Positions 41,901-56,600 of a stretch of DNA of 64,000 bases are shown here, one piece after another. A program made the position numbers and the translations under genes. Location of the stretch: the NCBI RefSeq assembly GCF_963506605.1, contig NC_083280.1:45322001-45386000 (forward strand), in the 5' to 3' direction. The DNA comes from Zootoca vivipara (Eukaryota). How positions within the stretch are numbered: position 1 is the stretch's first letter; every line of letters begins with the position of its first letter. The notes beneath the pieces are model-generated. The model saw only the letters and a list, made by a program, of their open reading frames with translations. It searched no databases and was not told the origin of the DNA.

Positions 41901-44781
41901 ATAAAATAAAATATGCTCCTAGACTTTAACTTTGATTGTTGATATCATTTCTTTCTTTTATCTTTTAAGTTGCTTGCATTTTGAGAAACCTTGTTATCCT
42001 GGGAATATTGCATTTTAGGCGGTCTTCCACGTATTAAAAAAGTGTCGCCTTTTTTCTCTCTTGTTCAGATTGTTGATGTAAAAATTCTGAGGAAAAAAGA
42101 AGATGGCCTTGAAGTTACAATCTTGCCGGACAATGTTTTCGCCTACCTTTCCACAAATCATCTCTCTGACTATGTGTCTAATAGCAAGTTGTGGTGGTCC
42201 TGCCTTAAAGCAGATGATATACTCCATAGAGTGTTATGCCTCCATGACAAGGGAGGTCATGTTGTATCCTTTTGAAGTCCATCCAAGCTTGATGAAACCA
42301 TTTAGCCATTTTATGTTGTACAACAGCATTAACTTGCATTGCATTGCATATACTGTCTCCCAGACAAGTGATCTTCAAAGATTCTGTCTGTGTCAGTTTT
42401 GCCTCTGTGTCTATGCAGTCTGAAGGAAAGAAATGGTCTTAGAAGATATTTCTTTTAGATGGAGTGAGAGTAGAAGTGAGCAATGGTTTTTGTAGCCTTT
42501 AGTGTCTTCACCACCTTGGTTTTTGGATAAAGCAATTATTCCCTTTGCTTTCTTCAGTTGTTTTTTTTTTAATGGCTGTCTGCCAATTGGGATCCAGTGG
42601 AATCTTGTTGCTGACAGAACTTTTCTTTCCCCCCTGCAGAATCTGAATGGAATCAGGCAGTTGGTTGGTTGCAACATGATCTTACTTTTTGTCCTTTGTC
42701 CCCTGTGTCATAACAGTCTGTCTTCCTCCCCCTCTATGTTGAGAGGCTTTGGTGAAATGCTTGTTTTGTGGCTGCCAAATAAAAACAAACTCCCTGTAGG
42801 CTCCTCCTCCCCAATTTTATTCCTTGACCCATTGTTTAGACCCTGAGCAGAAAGCCAACAGTGATTTCGGCAATTGAGGAGGAACGGGTGGTGAAGAGCT
42901 TTTCAGACATCCAGCCTGGATTGATCCTGACTGGCTTTGTGAGAAACGTCATGCCTTATGGTGTGTTTGTGGAGTTTCCATATGGTCTGACAGGACTGGC
43001 ACCCAAGTCGGTAAGGCATGTTGCTAGGTTTATTCACAGATGTTGAGGAAGAGGTGCTTTCTAGTTAAAATAATCTCTTATGCTGCACTGCTCAAGGATA
43101 AAAATTCCTGCTGAGAGAAGTTCTCTAGGTGGAATTGGGAGTAAGGGCACAAAACAGTACATAGGAATTTCCTGCTTGCAAGTGGTGTGAGAGAAGCTGT
43201 TGTCTAGTGGTACGTTTTGAAAGGCAGGCACTCAAGATGGCCCCCATCCAAAGGTAAAGGACCCCTGGACAGTTAAGTCCAGTCAAAGGTGACTAGGGTG
43301 CAGCGCTCATCTCGCTTCAGGCCAAGGGAGCCGGCATTAGCCCGCAGACTGCTTTCCAGGTCATGTGACCAGCATGACTAAACCGCTTCTGGCGCAACCA
43401 TTCATAGCCAGTGCCCCCAGAGAGAGTTCAAGCAGCTGTGCTGATCCGTATACTGTATACACTTGTCACATGCCCCAAAGAGCAGTAGTACATGGCACAA
43501 TTCCCAATTTATAAGCATCAGGTGACTGTCGAAGAATAGATGTTTATAGAACAAATTCGACTTTTAAAACACATTGAACATTATCCAAAGATCTTCAGCT
43601 AGCTGAAAATGCAACCTTTAGTCTTTATTTAGAAAGGCAAACATTCTAGCGATGAAGTGTTAATTAGAATGCTAGCATGAAGTAGCTAATAGAGCTGTCT
43701 CTTAACTCAGCCTAGGTAAAAGGTTTCTTGTTTGGAACTGTTTTGATTGCATTCCTTCCTTTCTGGAAGTCTTGAGGCTGATGGTGTTGATAGCTCTCTT
43801 GCAAAGACACTCTCAAGGAACAGTATTAATTGGTTCTTATCTCCTAATTGCTATAGGCAATGAGTGACAAGTTTGTGACAGACACCAAAGACCATTATGT
43901 GGTAGGTCAGACTGTTGTTGCCAAAGTGACCAGCATTGACGAGGAGAAGCAACGCATCCTGCTGTCCCTGAAGGTGTCTGAGTGCTCCTCCGAGGATTCT
44001 GTTTCTGAGAGCTTCTCTTTGCTGCACAAATACTTTAAGGAGCTGCAGGAGATCAAGAGTATCAGGAGTGGAAGAGGTAAAGGCTGTCATGGTGATAAAA
44101 CATGGCCCATGGAAACCTTGTGTTGGCCACATACACATAGTGGATGCATGTGAGCGTCCTGGTTTTGGGGCACAAGCTGGAATCACCGTTTCTCAAGATT
44201 TTGTCTGAAATCAGGAGGAACTGTTCAAAATTTTATTTAAAGAGAGGTTCAAAGATTCAGTTTCAGGTAAAACATCTAGTCACTCGGCGTGGTTTTCTGC
44301 TATATGTGATTGCCAAGTGAGTTTCGCTTAACTTGCAGTTGGAGAAAGATTACATTTCTTTGACTGGCACTTTGTTTCTGGGTGACTGGCTCATTTGCTA
44401 TGAGCTTAAAAGACCCCATTTTTTCCTTCCATTTTCATATTGACTTAAAGATACAGTAAGAAAGTTACTTTCAGGCACCAGTGCATAATCCCTCAAACTA
44501 GGAATCCACTCATTTTTAATAGTTAATCCTTATTGTACTTACTCTGACTTTCTATAGTTCAGTGATGAAACATCAAGCTGCAAATGGGACTTAGTTCTTT
44601 CTTTATCCTCAGATGATGTCGGTGTGGTTCAAAAAGTCTGTGAATTAAAACCTGGGCAGAGGCTGATGCTGACAGCTCGCAAAGTCAACACTGATGGTTC
44701 AGCACTATTTGATAGCACCTCTGTTTCTGGCTTGGCTATAATGGCTACTCATAGTCACCTTGGAGGTAGGACATACTTTGT

Positions 44782-44821
<40 letters not shown>

Positions 44822-47800
44822 CCCCCCCCCCCCGGTCTACTTTGTCCTGATATACTATATTTTGCTCTTCGGGTTGGAAACAAATAATTGATTGCAAAGA
44901 GTGGAATCTTTTTGAACAGTCTGAGCAGCAGAAGTGTGTCTGAGACCTGAGTGAATTCTGTTTTTTTTTCCTGACTCAGCTATCAGTGATGTAATGTAAA
45001 TAAATAGTTTCTCTTACTGAAGTACTGAAGTACAGTTGCTTCATTTTGCCCCAGTTATATCAGGCAATAATCCTAAGGTGCATGTTTTGTTTGTTTGTTT
45101 TTAAAGGCAAAAACATTGTCCAGGGTGAAAAAACAAGAGCTGTGGTTCTCTACATTGATTCCCTAGAATCAAAGGTCCATGTGTCGCTTAGAGAGGAGTT
45201 GCTGTCCCCCAAACCTAAGAAGGTATGATTAGCCTGAAATGGCTTTTATGCTGGATACCAACCTGTGTAGCTGGTTAATAACAGAGTCATAGAAGAGAGG
45301 TTCATAGCATACCATAGAAATGAGCAACATATGAAGATAATTCAATGGAATAACTAGGCCAGGGGTGGTTGACCCACCCTCCAGAGAGCTGTTTTAGCTT
45401 CCTAGTCATATTTTTCTGCCTCCAGCAGCAGCAAAGAGAAAATCAAAGTAGACACAGTGTGGGGAGGAGAGATATCTGTGTGCATCCTGTGTGTGTCTGT
45501 ACAAGAGTGGTGTATAGCCATTATTACCACTTGCATATGACTGCTGGAGGACTGGGCAAAGGTGAATGCAGTCATTGAGACCAAAACAATTGATTAGCTT
45601 ATATTCAGATGTCAAGGGGCCATAATGAGGAGGAGGGAACAGCTTTCCCTTCCTGTGTCCTAGAAGGAATAACTGGATTAAAGCTACAACTTCTTCAATA
45701 TTATTTCATCCTTAGGAAAAATTGATCACTTGTTAGGCTCACATCTGAGAAAACCCCAGGGAGTGTTGGCATTTTCTGCTTTTGCGTAGGAATTCAGCTG
45801 GGACCTAAAAATGAAAAATAAATGTTGCGTCCTGAGATTTTGAAGTAATTTCCTAGTCTTTCCTGGCAAAACCCTGGAAGGTGCATTACTGGAGTTTTTC
45901 TGATGAGGGTAAAACATCTGTCAGGAATGCTTCTAAATAATAGATTTAAGCCTTGGGCCAAATTGGCTGCTGAAGTCTGTACCAGGTTTTTTTTGGTGTG
46001 TGTGACTTTCTCTGGATGTTTTTTCTGTGTTTTCCAGTTAAAACTGAACTCTCAGCACCAAGCCATCGTGCAGCATGTGGCTACAGAGCATGCAGTTGTT
46101 TCATTGGTAGGAAATGGTCATCTGGTTGCCATACCTGTGGCTTCCCACTTCAATGACACTTTCCGCTTTGATTCTGAAAAACTGAAAGTGGGACAGTCGG
46201 TCCTAGTGGTTCTGAAAACTCTCCAGCCAGGCGACTGTGGGCTCTTACTTGCTGTGCAAGATCAGAAGAAGAGAAAGGCTGTAATCAGGTCACGGCGTGA
46301 ATCTGAAACACTTGGGGAAACCTCGGCCATTGTGAATCACTCACTGTGCTTGGGAGATGTGGTCAAAGGAACTGTCAAGTCAGTCAAGCCTACCCATGTC
46401 CTAGTGGCAATTAATGATCAGCTGATTGGCTCCATTCATGCATCCCAGATCCTGGATAATGTTTCCATAGGCACCTTTCCAACATCAGTGCTAAGAGTTG
46501 GGCAGCAGCTGACTGCTCGGGTGATTGGGGGCAAAGACATTAAAAATCACAGGTAAGATCCCTCCAAGCTTCTGAGTGCCTTTTCTGAGTTTTAGCCAAT
46601 TACTAAATTTTAGTTCAGTGTTCTAGCAGGCACAGAACTTTCCAGATCTGTGTCCTAAGTGCAAGTGTTGTCCTCATGCATTTATTGCTCTGTTACTAAT
46701 TTTCAGTCCAAGTCAGGCAATTAAAGCATAGTCACTTGTCTCTCTTCCTACCTGGATATAGATCCATTTCCATCTACAGCTGACAAGGAGGCAACTTGCA
46801 GTTCTCTGTTGGAGAGACGTTACCCAGAGTGGGTTTTCTCCTCCCACTCACTCTAGAAGAAGGACTTATGCAAATTAAGGAAACACTTTTGTGTGGAAAA
46901 GACCTCTTCCAGTTTTAGTCCTGTATGCTCGGAGAGTGATTATTTCTTCCCCTAGAGCAGATAAAGAGGGAACTTTGAGAAACTATCAAATGCTGAAGGG
47001 CCACTTACAACTGGAGTAAGGATGATGTGCTAATCTGCTCTTAATTTTTAGGTATTTGCCCATCACCCATCCCCATTTTACCCGTACCTGCCCAGAGCTC
47101 AGCATCCGACCAAGGTAAGATAGCCTTTAGATACTTTGTTTGAGGAGGTTTTACAACATGTTAAAGGCTAACAGATACACCTATCCAAGCATCTCCTGGT
47201 CTGAATGTTAGTCAGTGACAGAGTAGGAGTTCTCTACATAAAATTCTGCATCTAGGAATTAACGTATTTGGAACATATTGCACAAATATGTTAGACCCAA
47301 GTAACAATTGGCTTAATTTTAATGATTCTGGCATTATTCTTATTTAATAATATAATTATAATTATACCCTGCCCATCCAGCTGGGTTTCCCCAGCCGCTC
47401 TGGGTGGCTCCCAACAGATTAAAAACAAAATAAAACATTCAGATCTTGAAGACGAGAGAAGTTATTGGTGGGTGCTAGTCTTATAGTATACATTGAGGGG
47501 AGGCAGCCTGGAGTTTTACAGATAGGAAATCTTGGATTGGTTGGCAAATGCTTGGACCTAGAAATATTGGAAGGGAGCAGGGAGTGGATCTCAAGCTGTT
47601 CGCCCTCTAAGGATCTATAGAGACTGCCTAGAACATGTCTGGTGATCAAGCTATTGTAGAATGATGGCTTCAATTTTAAGTTGCTCCTTTCCCCCCAGTT
47701 AAGATAGTAGGCAGTTCCCACCACTTTCCCCTCTTTATCTTCAGCCCCCCAACCATATCCCACACCATTCCCAAGGGCCCTACAATGTCCACAAGCAATT

Positions 47801-50800
47801 TCCTTGGGGTGGGAGTTCATTGAGCTGCAGTAGGAGACATGCAAAAACATGTTCTGTGAACTCTCTTTTACTCAGAGCCAATTTATTCTAAATCATAGGA
47901 AATGTCTGTAGATCTCCAGCATTCTTGAGAATTTACCAGTCCTGTAATACACATCCTGGTATGTGTCTTGTGCACTGTGTCCCTTGCTTTTGATTGCCAA
48001 CTTAAAATTGGGAGTCCTGTGTTTTACGTGAGCATGGATAGGAGACTTCCACTTTGATCAGGGACGGGAAATATTGGCATGTCAAAGCAAAGAAGCTAAG
48101 GGTATAACTGGTGTATGTGTGCTATTGGGCTGTTTTTTGTTTTATATCTTGATTTTATTCTGTGAACCACCCTGAGCCCCTGGGTATAGAGCGGTATATA
48201 AATTAAATAAATAAATAAATAAAAATAATCTCCACTTATAATCAGTGAGCTGTCTGGAGAAAGCAAAACTGCCCTGGGTCCAGAAGATGGCAATCCAGAA
48301 GAAATACTGAAACCCTTTAAGCCTGGGCAGATGGTGACATGCTTTGTTAAGAAGGTGAGGCCTGAAACTTCTCTAACTTTGCGTAGTAAGGGTTTCCCCC
48401 TCCCCCTTCATTTTAAAAAGTTGGGCCAGTCTTCACTGTAGATTTGGGAAGCATGACATGCTTCAGAATATTATGGGTTGATGCAATTTCCCAATGGGTT
48501 GATGCATCTATTGGGGTATAGCAGGCATAGGCAAACTCTGCCATCCAGAGGTTTTAGGGACTACAACTCCCATCATCCCTGACCACTGGTCCTGTTAGCT
48601 AGGGATGATTGGGGTTGTAGTCCCAAAACATCTGGAGGGCCGAGTTTGCCTATGTCTGGGGTATAGTGTCCAAAGTGTGTAGTTGTATGTGTGTCCATAA
48701 GCTCTTGTTTCACTTGGGTTGGGGAGGTTGAGGTAGAAATTCTGGAATAATTTATAGGACATATTACCAGGGAATGCATGATAAAAACTGTATCTGCCTT
48801 TTCTAGTGAAGAGTTTTTTTATTTTCTCCTGTTCGCTTCTATTCTTAGTACGCTGCTGCAAATAAATGGCTGGAGGTGGAGGTCACCCCTAACATTAGAG
48901 GGAGAATTCAACAGCTGCTACTTTCCCTTCGACCCACAGTAAGTAATTGCCAAGGAATGAAGGGCACAGGACTCTTCTATGCAGGAGGCTACACTAAATA
49001 ACATGAAAATCTGCAGTAAAGAAACAGAAGCATTAAAATGTTAGAAGTGTGTTGTCCTGGCTATTACCAGAGACATAGCCATGGTAGTCAAACAAAGTCT
49101 TAAAGCATTTTTTAAAACGCTAACAAATTTATTATGACATAACCTCTATATGTCATAATAAATTTGTTAGTCTTTGCAAAGCCAAAAGGAAACATCCTTG
49201 GGATGCTTTAAGAATTCTACAGCCATATAAAAGCCTGTTTACATAGTCAATAGCAGGCACAACAAGGGTTGCTTCTTTCAGCATAAGAGGAACACAAGGC
49301 TTCTTTTTGTTCAGATTTTCACTGGAAAGGTGTAGGAAATGTTCTGGTCTCTCTCAGGGCATTTCCCAAATAAGTACACGATTTGAAACCTTAACTATTT
49401 CAAAATGGTTTTTATGAAGAGCTAAACACTAGTCCAGTTCCCCCCTCCCCAATGCATCACCGCTCTGGGGAATTCTTCACAGGCACAATTAAGTGGTTGG
49501 ATGATGGGAATGAACAGGTCATTGTCTCCCAACAGATCTTAAAACACGCAGGGAAACACTTCAGAAATGGACAAGCTTTGGCTGCGACGGTGACAGGCTC
49601 TGATGTCACTGAAACTAAGCTCCATCTGTCGCTTACAGGTATGATGAGAAGAGAGCGCCACAACATTAAGATCCCAGAAAGAGATAGTCAATGATGGTCA
49701 CTCTCCATCTAGTCATCAGAGGCTTATAAACCCATTTCCATATGCTCACAATAACTCTGATCCTGTAGTTCCTTGTGTGTGAAAAGCTTCAGGTGTGTCA
49801 TGGAATTCTTGGGCATAAAAGGGCTTTCCATTTACTCGTGTTGTCTCTCTCTCACACAGCCCCCTGTTCATATCCACATTGTATGCATGTAAATGCCTCT
49901 GGGGCATTGTAATAAATAGGGAAGGCCGTGCTAGGTTGGAACTCTGTGCACGTTAATATGCTTGCAGAAAGCGGGGCCAGGCTGTATGTCAGTCAAAGTG
50001 AATGGATGAGTAATCATTTTGTAGCTCTTGATGATGATGCCTTTAGTAGTAGGGGCTTGTTTATGTCATCAAAGTGGCACAGCTAGAGGATGAGCAACCA
50101 AATGCTGAGCAGTGGCTGCTGGTCATAGCTCTTGCCTTTATACCAAGTCAGACCAACGGTCCATTTAGCTCAGCATTGTCTACACTGACTGGTAGTGGCT
50201 CTCCAGGGTTTCAGGCAGCTGTACGTAATGATGCCAGAACTTGAACCTGAGACCGTCTGCGTACAAAGCACATGCTCTCTACCACTAAACTGCGACCCTT
50301 CCCCTGTTGGTTGTGAGCTACCTCCAGCGCTGGAGACAGTATTCCTCCAGATGCCGGCTGCTGGCAGAAACAAGCCAGAGAATGTTGTTGTATTCATATC
50401 GTGCTTGCAAGCTTCCCTTAGGCGCCTGGCTCACTACTGGGGGGAATGGGATACTGGACTAGGTAGAGGCTTTCATCTGATCTGACAGGGCTGCTCTTCT
50501 TGTTCTGTTTTTGTCTCTCCTGTTGTGGTTCTGACAAAGTTTGAAAGACAGTGTTTTTGTCAGTGTTTATGTGCAAGGCAGGGAGAGTATATTTCCTTGT
50601 TACTTTTAGAAATCAAATATAGTCCTCCCCTGTGTGCCAGTTAAGTTCCTGGTGCAATTTGTACTAGGGACTGGATTAGGTCCTCCGTATGCGGGAATTG
50701 ACCGTAGATGCACTTGGGGTTCAGGATCCAGCCCGACAACCTTTAAGTGTATAAGTAGGCCATAGGGGGGTGTGGTATTATAATATCTGACTTGATCTGT

Positions 50801-53655
50801 TTGAACCTTCTCACGCTTGAACAGGAGTTTACACTCTGGAGAAAGGAACCATCACACTAGGCTATGTGAGCAAGGTGATTCCGCATGTTGGCCTGAATGT
50901 TCAGCTTCCCTTTGAAAGGAAGGGGAAAGTCAGCCTTTTCCACCTGAGTGATTCATATGCTGAGCAGCCGCTAGAAATGTTCAGCATTGGGAAAATTGTC
51001 AGGTAAGAGTCTCATGCAAAATCATGTCTGTAGACAACGGGGTGAATTTTATTTGATAGTCATTTAACCCCAAATCCTTTCTGGTCCTGAGCTTCATTGG
51101 TTCTCTTGGATCCTTTATGCCCCCATGAAGCCCATGACCAAGAACAGTTATCACATAACTAATTTAATCCCAATATTTTCTGTGGAGAGGGTCTTTTCAA
51201 AACGTGCAGAAGTTCCATATTTTCTTTTTCTGCATACAGGTGCTATATCCTTTCCAGTGAAGGTAATAAAATGGAAGTGTCCCTTCGACAATCCAGGTAA
51301 CGATCTACACCCTAAATTTAGGTGGGAAGAAGATTTAATAATAATAATAATTAATATTTGAAAATACTCTGTATCCTATTGCACAGGTTTTCAAAATTAG
51401 CATAAACTGCCCTGCTATTTGGGACATGGGAAGAGGGAACCTAACATTTGGGCCTAAAGTGCAACTATAAAATTTTGTTGCATTTAGAATGGATTCTGCA
51501 AACTAGATAAATATGTGTCCTTTGATTCCTTTGCTAAAGTTGCTTGCTGTTTTTGAGTTTTTGGAAATTTTTTAGAATACTGTGGTTTCTTGTTTGTTCT
51601 TGACTTTTTTGTGTCCTGTTCTTAAGAACAGGCAAAGTAAAGAAATCCCGTTAGGACTTTGACTACATTCATTGATTTCTAAACTGTAAGCTTTTCGAAG
51701 GCAGCTAGAGCTTTTCTTTTTTAACAAAGTGGAGATTTTCAAAGCCCTTGCATATGTTGCAATGGTTTCTGTACTATGGATATGGGGATTTTTTTTTACT
51801 ATATTGTCAGGATTTTCTGCTTTGCAGTCACCAGAAGTGTCTTTTCTAATAAAGAGGCCTATCCAGAAATAGGGCATTTCACTACTTCTCCATTTTTGTT
51901 ATAGGATAAATCCCAAGGGCCATTGTAAAGTGGAAGACCCTGAAATCACATCCCTCGATGATCTTCAGAATGGTCAGCTTGTCAGAGGCTATGTCAAATC
52001 CATCACTCCATCGGGCATCTTCTTTGGGTAAGTTTCCCTTGCTGACCATAAAAAAGTGGATTCCATGTTGCGAATGTTTGTTGGAATGGTGCCTAAATAA
52101 ATTGTAGAGCAGTTTGGAGCCTATAGTTTTAGAAGTCAGGAATGGCCAATGGTTCCATCTCAGATCAACTTTACCTAACCCTGAACAATCTGAATGAATT
52201 TTAATCAATTGGGGGTGGAGTTTGTCCACCATTTCACTTATAACTTAAAGACATTTTTCTTTTAAGAAATAAAGCTGGTCTGCAACAGGAGCAAAATAAA
52301 CCCGTGTTACTATGTCACTATCTTTTTTTTCCCCTTGGCAGGTTGTCTGACTCGGTCGTGGGTCAAATCCCACCACAATTTATCTCTCCTCTCTTCATTT
52401 CGGATCATTCATTGTGTGCAAAATACATACATGCCGGCCAGTTTCTTACTGCCAAGGTTTTCGGGTAGGTGTGATGTTTCCTAATAGAGGGGTGAATCTG
52501 GGGTGGAAAATCTTGCGGAGATACATGAGGACAGTATGGTTCACAGGACAACAGAGACCAGAGTTCAGATATCACAACATCTGTGGGCTAACCAAGGTGG
52601 CTTTGAGAAAGCATTTCTATATTTTCCTCTGCTCACTATCTTATGAAATGGAAATTATAATGACTACCATAGAGGGCTGGTGTGATGCTCAACAAGTTGA
52701 ATAATGTTAAAGCCTGTGTTACTATTAAGAAAGTACTGTATAGCGTTAATGTTTATAGCAGTTCCTCATCTCTCCTGCGACTTTCCTTCTGCCCCTTCTC
52801 TTTTACTCATTCTGCAGTATAAATAAAGAAAAGAAACTTGCAGAGCTGTCTCTCCTTCCTGAAGACACTGGGAAGCCAAGCATTATCCCAGAGTCCCTGG
52901 AACTGCCAGTTGGTGAAAAGGACACACCGCCGAGAAAGCGAAAAAGGGGAAACTCTGAAAGTGAGCAGGTATCTATCCTGGAAAAAGGGGCTTTGAGCCT
53001 GAGAGATGGAGATGGGGAGGATTTTTTTTCTTTTTTAACCCCACTGTTGTTGTGAACAGTTATCCAGCGATGCAAACAAACTGCACACACAAAAATGTTA
53101 ATGTTTTTTAAAAAAATTAAGCTGCTCTACCTGAACTTTTTTTAGGAGGTTCAAGCACGAAAGAAGAAAACTCGTTGCCCTGAAGATGATGATAGTGGTG
53201 TTGAGGTCTACTATCGGGAAGAAGAGGAGAGAGAAGAGAAGAAGTGTGCAACAGAATCTAAGGTGGAAAGACTGCCTGGAGCATTGTTCATGCTTTGTGT
53301 GGGATGCTTGCTGTGTGTGTTTCTAAATAGATGCTTTTTTCTTGATTGTGTTTTCTGCAGGAAAAGAAAGTTCCAAGGCTGCAGGTTTCAGCCAGCTTTA
53401 CATGGGAGGAAGGCTTAAGTGTGCTAGATACGACCATGTTGAAACAGAGGGAGCAAAGCTCTGACAGCGAAGAAGAAGAAGACAATGTTACAGAGTCCAC
53501 GGTAGAGTATCTCACTCACGGTAGAGTATTTTGCTTTGCATAGTGCTTGGTATGCAATCCTGTTTACTTAGGCTTTAATAGAGTACTCTGTTGGAAGCCG
53601 CCCAGAGTGGCTGGGGAAACCCAGCCAGATGGGTGGGGTATTAATAATAATAATA

Positions 53656-53698
<43 letters not shown>

Positions 53699-56600
53699 GG
53701 CCTCTCTTAAGAGAAGTACTATCTTGCTGGCCTAGAAAGTACAAAGGCAGTGCTTTGCTTTCTAAAATTAGCTTAGCTAATGTCAGGAATTAATTTGTGC
53801 AAAAGGCCTTTTGTGTTTTGGGCTTGCATCTGGGATTCATTGATCACTTATTTATATATACCTAAGTCTATAGAGACTATCCATATATAATTCCTTTTCT
53901 CTAAATGTGTTGCTCTGAAAAGAATGTTTTTGTATATGCAGCTGAATTTTGAGCCATGCCCCTACTTGCAAAACTCTCTCTGTCCTTTTCAACTAATTGC
54001 CTTCCTCTCCTGTCTTGGCCTTCTGTTTAAGACCAAGAAGCAGACAAAGAAGAAAAAAGAGCTCGAGAAGCAGAAGGCAGAGAAGGAACTCTCCAAACTT
54101 GAAGCTGCCCTGATGGATCCCAGCCGGCAACCTCAGACAGCTGACGACTTTGACCGTTTGCTCCTTGGCAACCCTGACAGCTCCATCCTCTGGTTGCAGT
54201 ATATGGCTTTTCACCTCCAGGCTACGGAGATAGAGAAAGCAAGAGCTGTGGCAGAAAGGGCACTCAAAACCATCTCCTTTAGGTGAACTGCTCCACCTTA
54301 TCATCTTTTAGTTGATGAGCTGCTATTGCCTATGTATGCTTAAAAAGGTAAAGGGACCACAGACCATTAGGTCCAGTCGCGAACGACTCGAGGGAGCCGG
54401 CGTACAGCTTCCGGGTTATGTGGCCAGCATAGCTTGGCAAACCAGAGCAGCACACGGAAACGCCATTTACCTTCCCGCCGGAGCGGTACCTATTTATCTA
54501 CTTGCACTTTGACGTTCTTTCGAACTGCTAGGTTGGCAGGAGCTGGGACCGAGCAATGGGAGCTCACCCCGTCGCGGGGATTCGAACCGCTGACCTTCTG
54601 ATTGGCAAGCCCTAGGCTCTGTGGTTTAACCCAAAGCGCCACCTGTGCTTAGCTTGGCTTTTTCTCATGGGAGGGGTACCTGCAGAACAAAGTGGACAAT
54701 TCTGTTACTTTCTCTCCCCTGCCCCTTCACTTCCTTCACAGATGTTGTCCAGTCAGATCACCTGCTTTCTCTTCCAGGTAGCTTGGGGTCAGACTGTTGA
54801 GCAAAAGGCTAGCACTGAGCCATGTGAGGTAGGGTGATTATTTGTGGTGCTTTTTTTCTTTCAGAGAGGAGCAAGAAAAGCTGAATGTGTGGGTTGCACT
54901 GCTGAACCTGGAGAATATGTATGGCACCGAGGAAGCACTAATGAAAGTCTTCGAAAGAGCCATCCAGTACAACGAGCCTCTGAAGGTATTCCAGCAGCTG
55001 GCAGACATCTACAGTGGCTCTGAGAAATATAAGGTAAGGCTGGGTTTACAGTGTTGCTGAGAGAAAGATCACTTCTGCTCACTGAGTCTGGCAGGGAAAT
55101 TGCTTGTTCATTCTGTTCTTGGGAAGAGCCACCTTGATTGATCCACTTGGATCCTGCGCTTCCATCTATCATGCTGTGGATTTTCCCTCCATTTTGGACA
55201 AGCATCAGGCTGATTCCCTACACGCCTCTTTCTCATCTAAGCAGTACCACCACATTGCCTCTTGCTCTAGCTTGTTGGCGGCATAAATATCTCCTGGGAC
55301 CCATGAGTTGAGTTCTGTACTCCAAGATTGTATACAGTTGTGAATGAAGATATTGGAATAGCATACGAAGGCAAGGGAGAAACACAGGATTCAAAGTGTG
55401 TTTCCATGGTTTGAATGATCCTCTCTCCTCTAATTTTTATTTTCAGCAAGCTGATGACCTGTACAACACAATGCTGAAGCGATTTCGTCAAGAAAAGTCT
55501 GTGTGGGTGAAGTACGCCACTTTTCTCCTGAAAAGAGGCTCGGTGGAGGCAGCTCATCGGCTCCTCCCACGTGCACTGAAGTGCCTGCCAGTCAAAGAAC
55601 GTAAGAACCACTTCGCTCTTCTTTCCTATGATTAGCATCTAAACGTCATGTTGGCTATTTATGCAGTACACAGGTAATATCTAGGAAATGCAGCATATGC
55701 AGTGAATCTAAAAATATCTTTAGCCATTGTTAGCAAATTCTCTTTCAGTAATTTTATTGGTACTTTCCTTTAAAAAAACTTTTCAAAGTTTATCAGTTAG
55801 GGATTGGGGGGAGCAGAGCATGTTCTGATTGGGGAGATTTCAAAGTAACTATAAAGGATTCCTGGATGCTGCAATTTTACCAATGGCTTGAGAAATTCAG
55901 ACAGGATTTTCATAGCCTAGATTGACTCTTCAGTCTTCAGCACTAGTGATGTATTGATACCCTTTTGCATTGATTGCATAATTTCATTTCTTTCCCTCCT
56001 GATGCACTGAAGCAAACCCAAACAATAAAAAAAATTGCCAACACAATGAACAATACACATTTTTGAAATAAGGGTGTTTCCCCCCCATAATTTTAGCTTT
56101 GTTGCCTACCCTGGGAATTAGATAGCATGGAACCCCAATTCCTTGCTAATATTATTGCCAAAATAACTACAGAACCCTTGAACCCTATGCAGAGGCAGTG
56201 ACGACTAGCCAGAAGAACACTTCTAAAATGCACTTTTGCACTTTTGCAGATCTGGATATGATTTCAAAGCTGGCACAGCTGGAGTTCCAGTTTGGTGATC
56301 TGGAATATGGCAAGACCGTTTTTGAGAATACCCTGAGCACCTACCCGAAGCGTACGGACATCTGGTCGGTATACATAGACATGATGATCAAACATGGCAG
56401 CCAGAAGGAAGTACGGTGAGTACTAGCATGGGAAAGTGGGCTAGTACTTCTTAACTCGCTAGGAAATGATGTAAATACAACATAAGGGATGCTTATTGGT
56501 CTTAAATTCAGGGAAGCTGGGAAGCTTGATTTCATGTGAGCAAATATTGCAACCCTGAAAGGTGCCACAGCAAGTGACTGGATGATAAGCATTAATGACC

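Noticed and set aside
44282-44292. ACTCGGCGTGG, resembling the start of miR-1307-3p
   Set aside because: Only ~11 nt match, no hairpin, and it is in a PDCD11 intron rather than in ATP5MK; a chance match.
50640-50790. Short stretch with slightly raised CpG and unusual composition in a PDCD11 intron
   Set aside because: No recognisable termini, ORF or RNA motif; probably an unidentified repeat fragment and not supportable.
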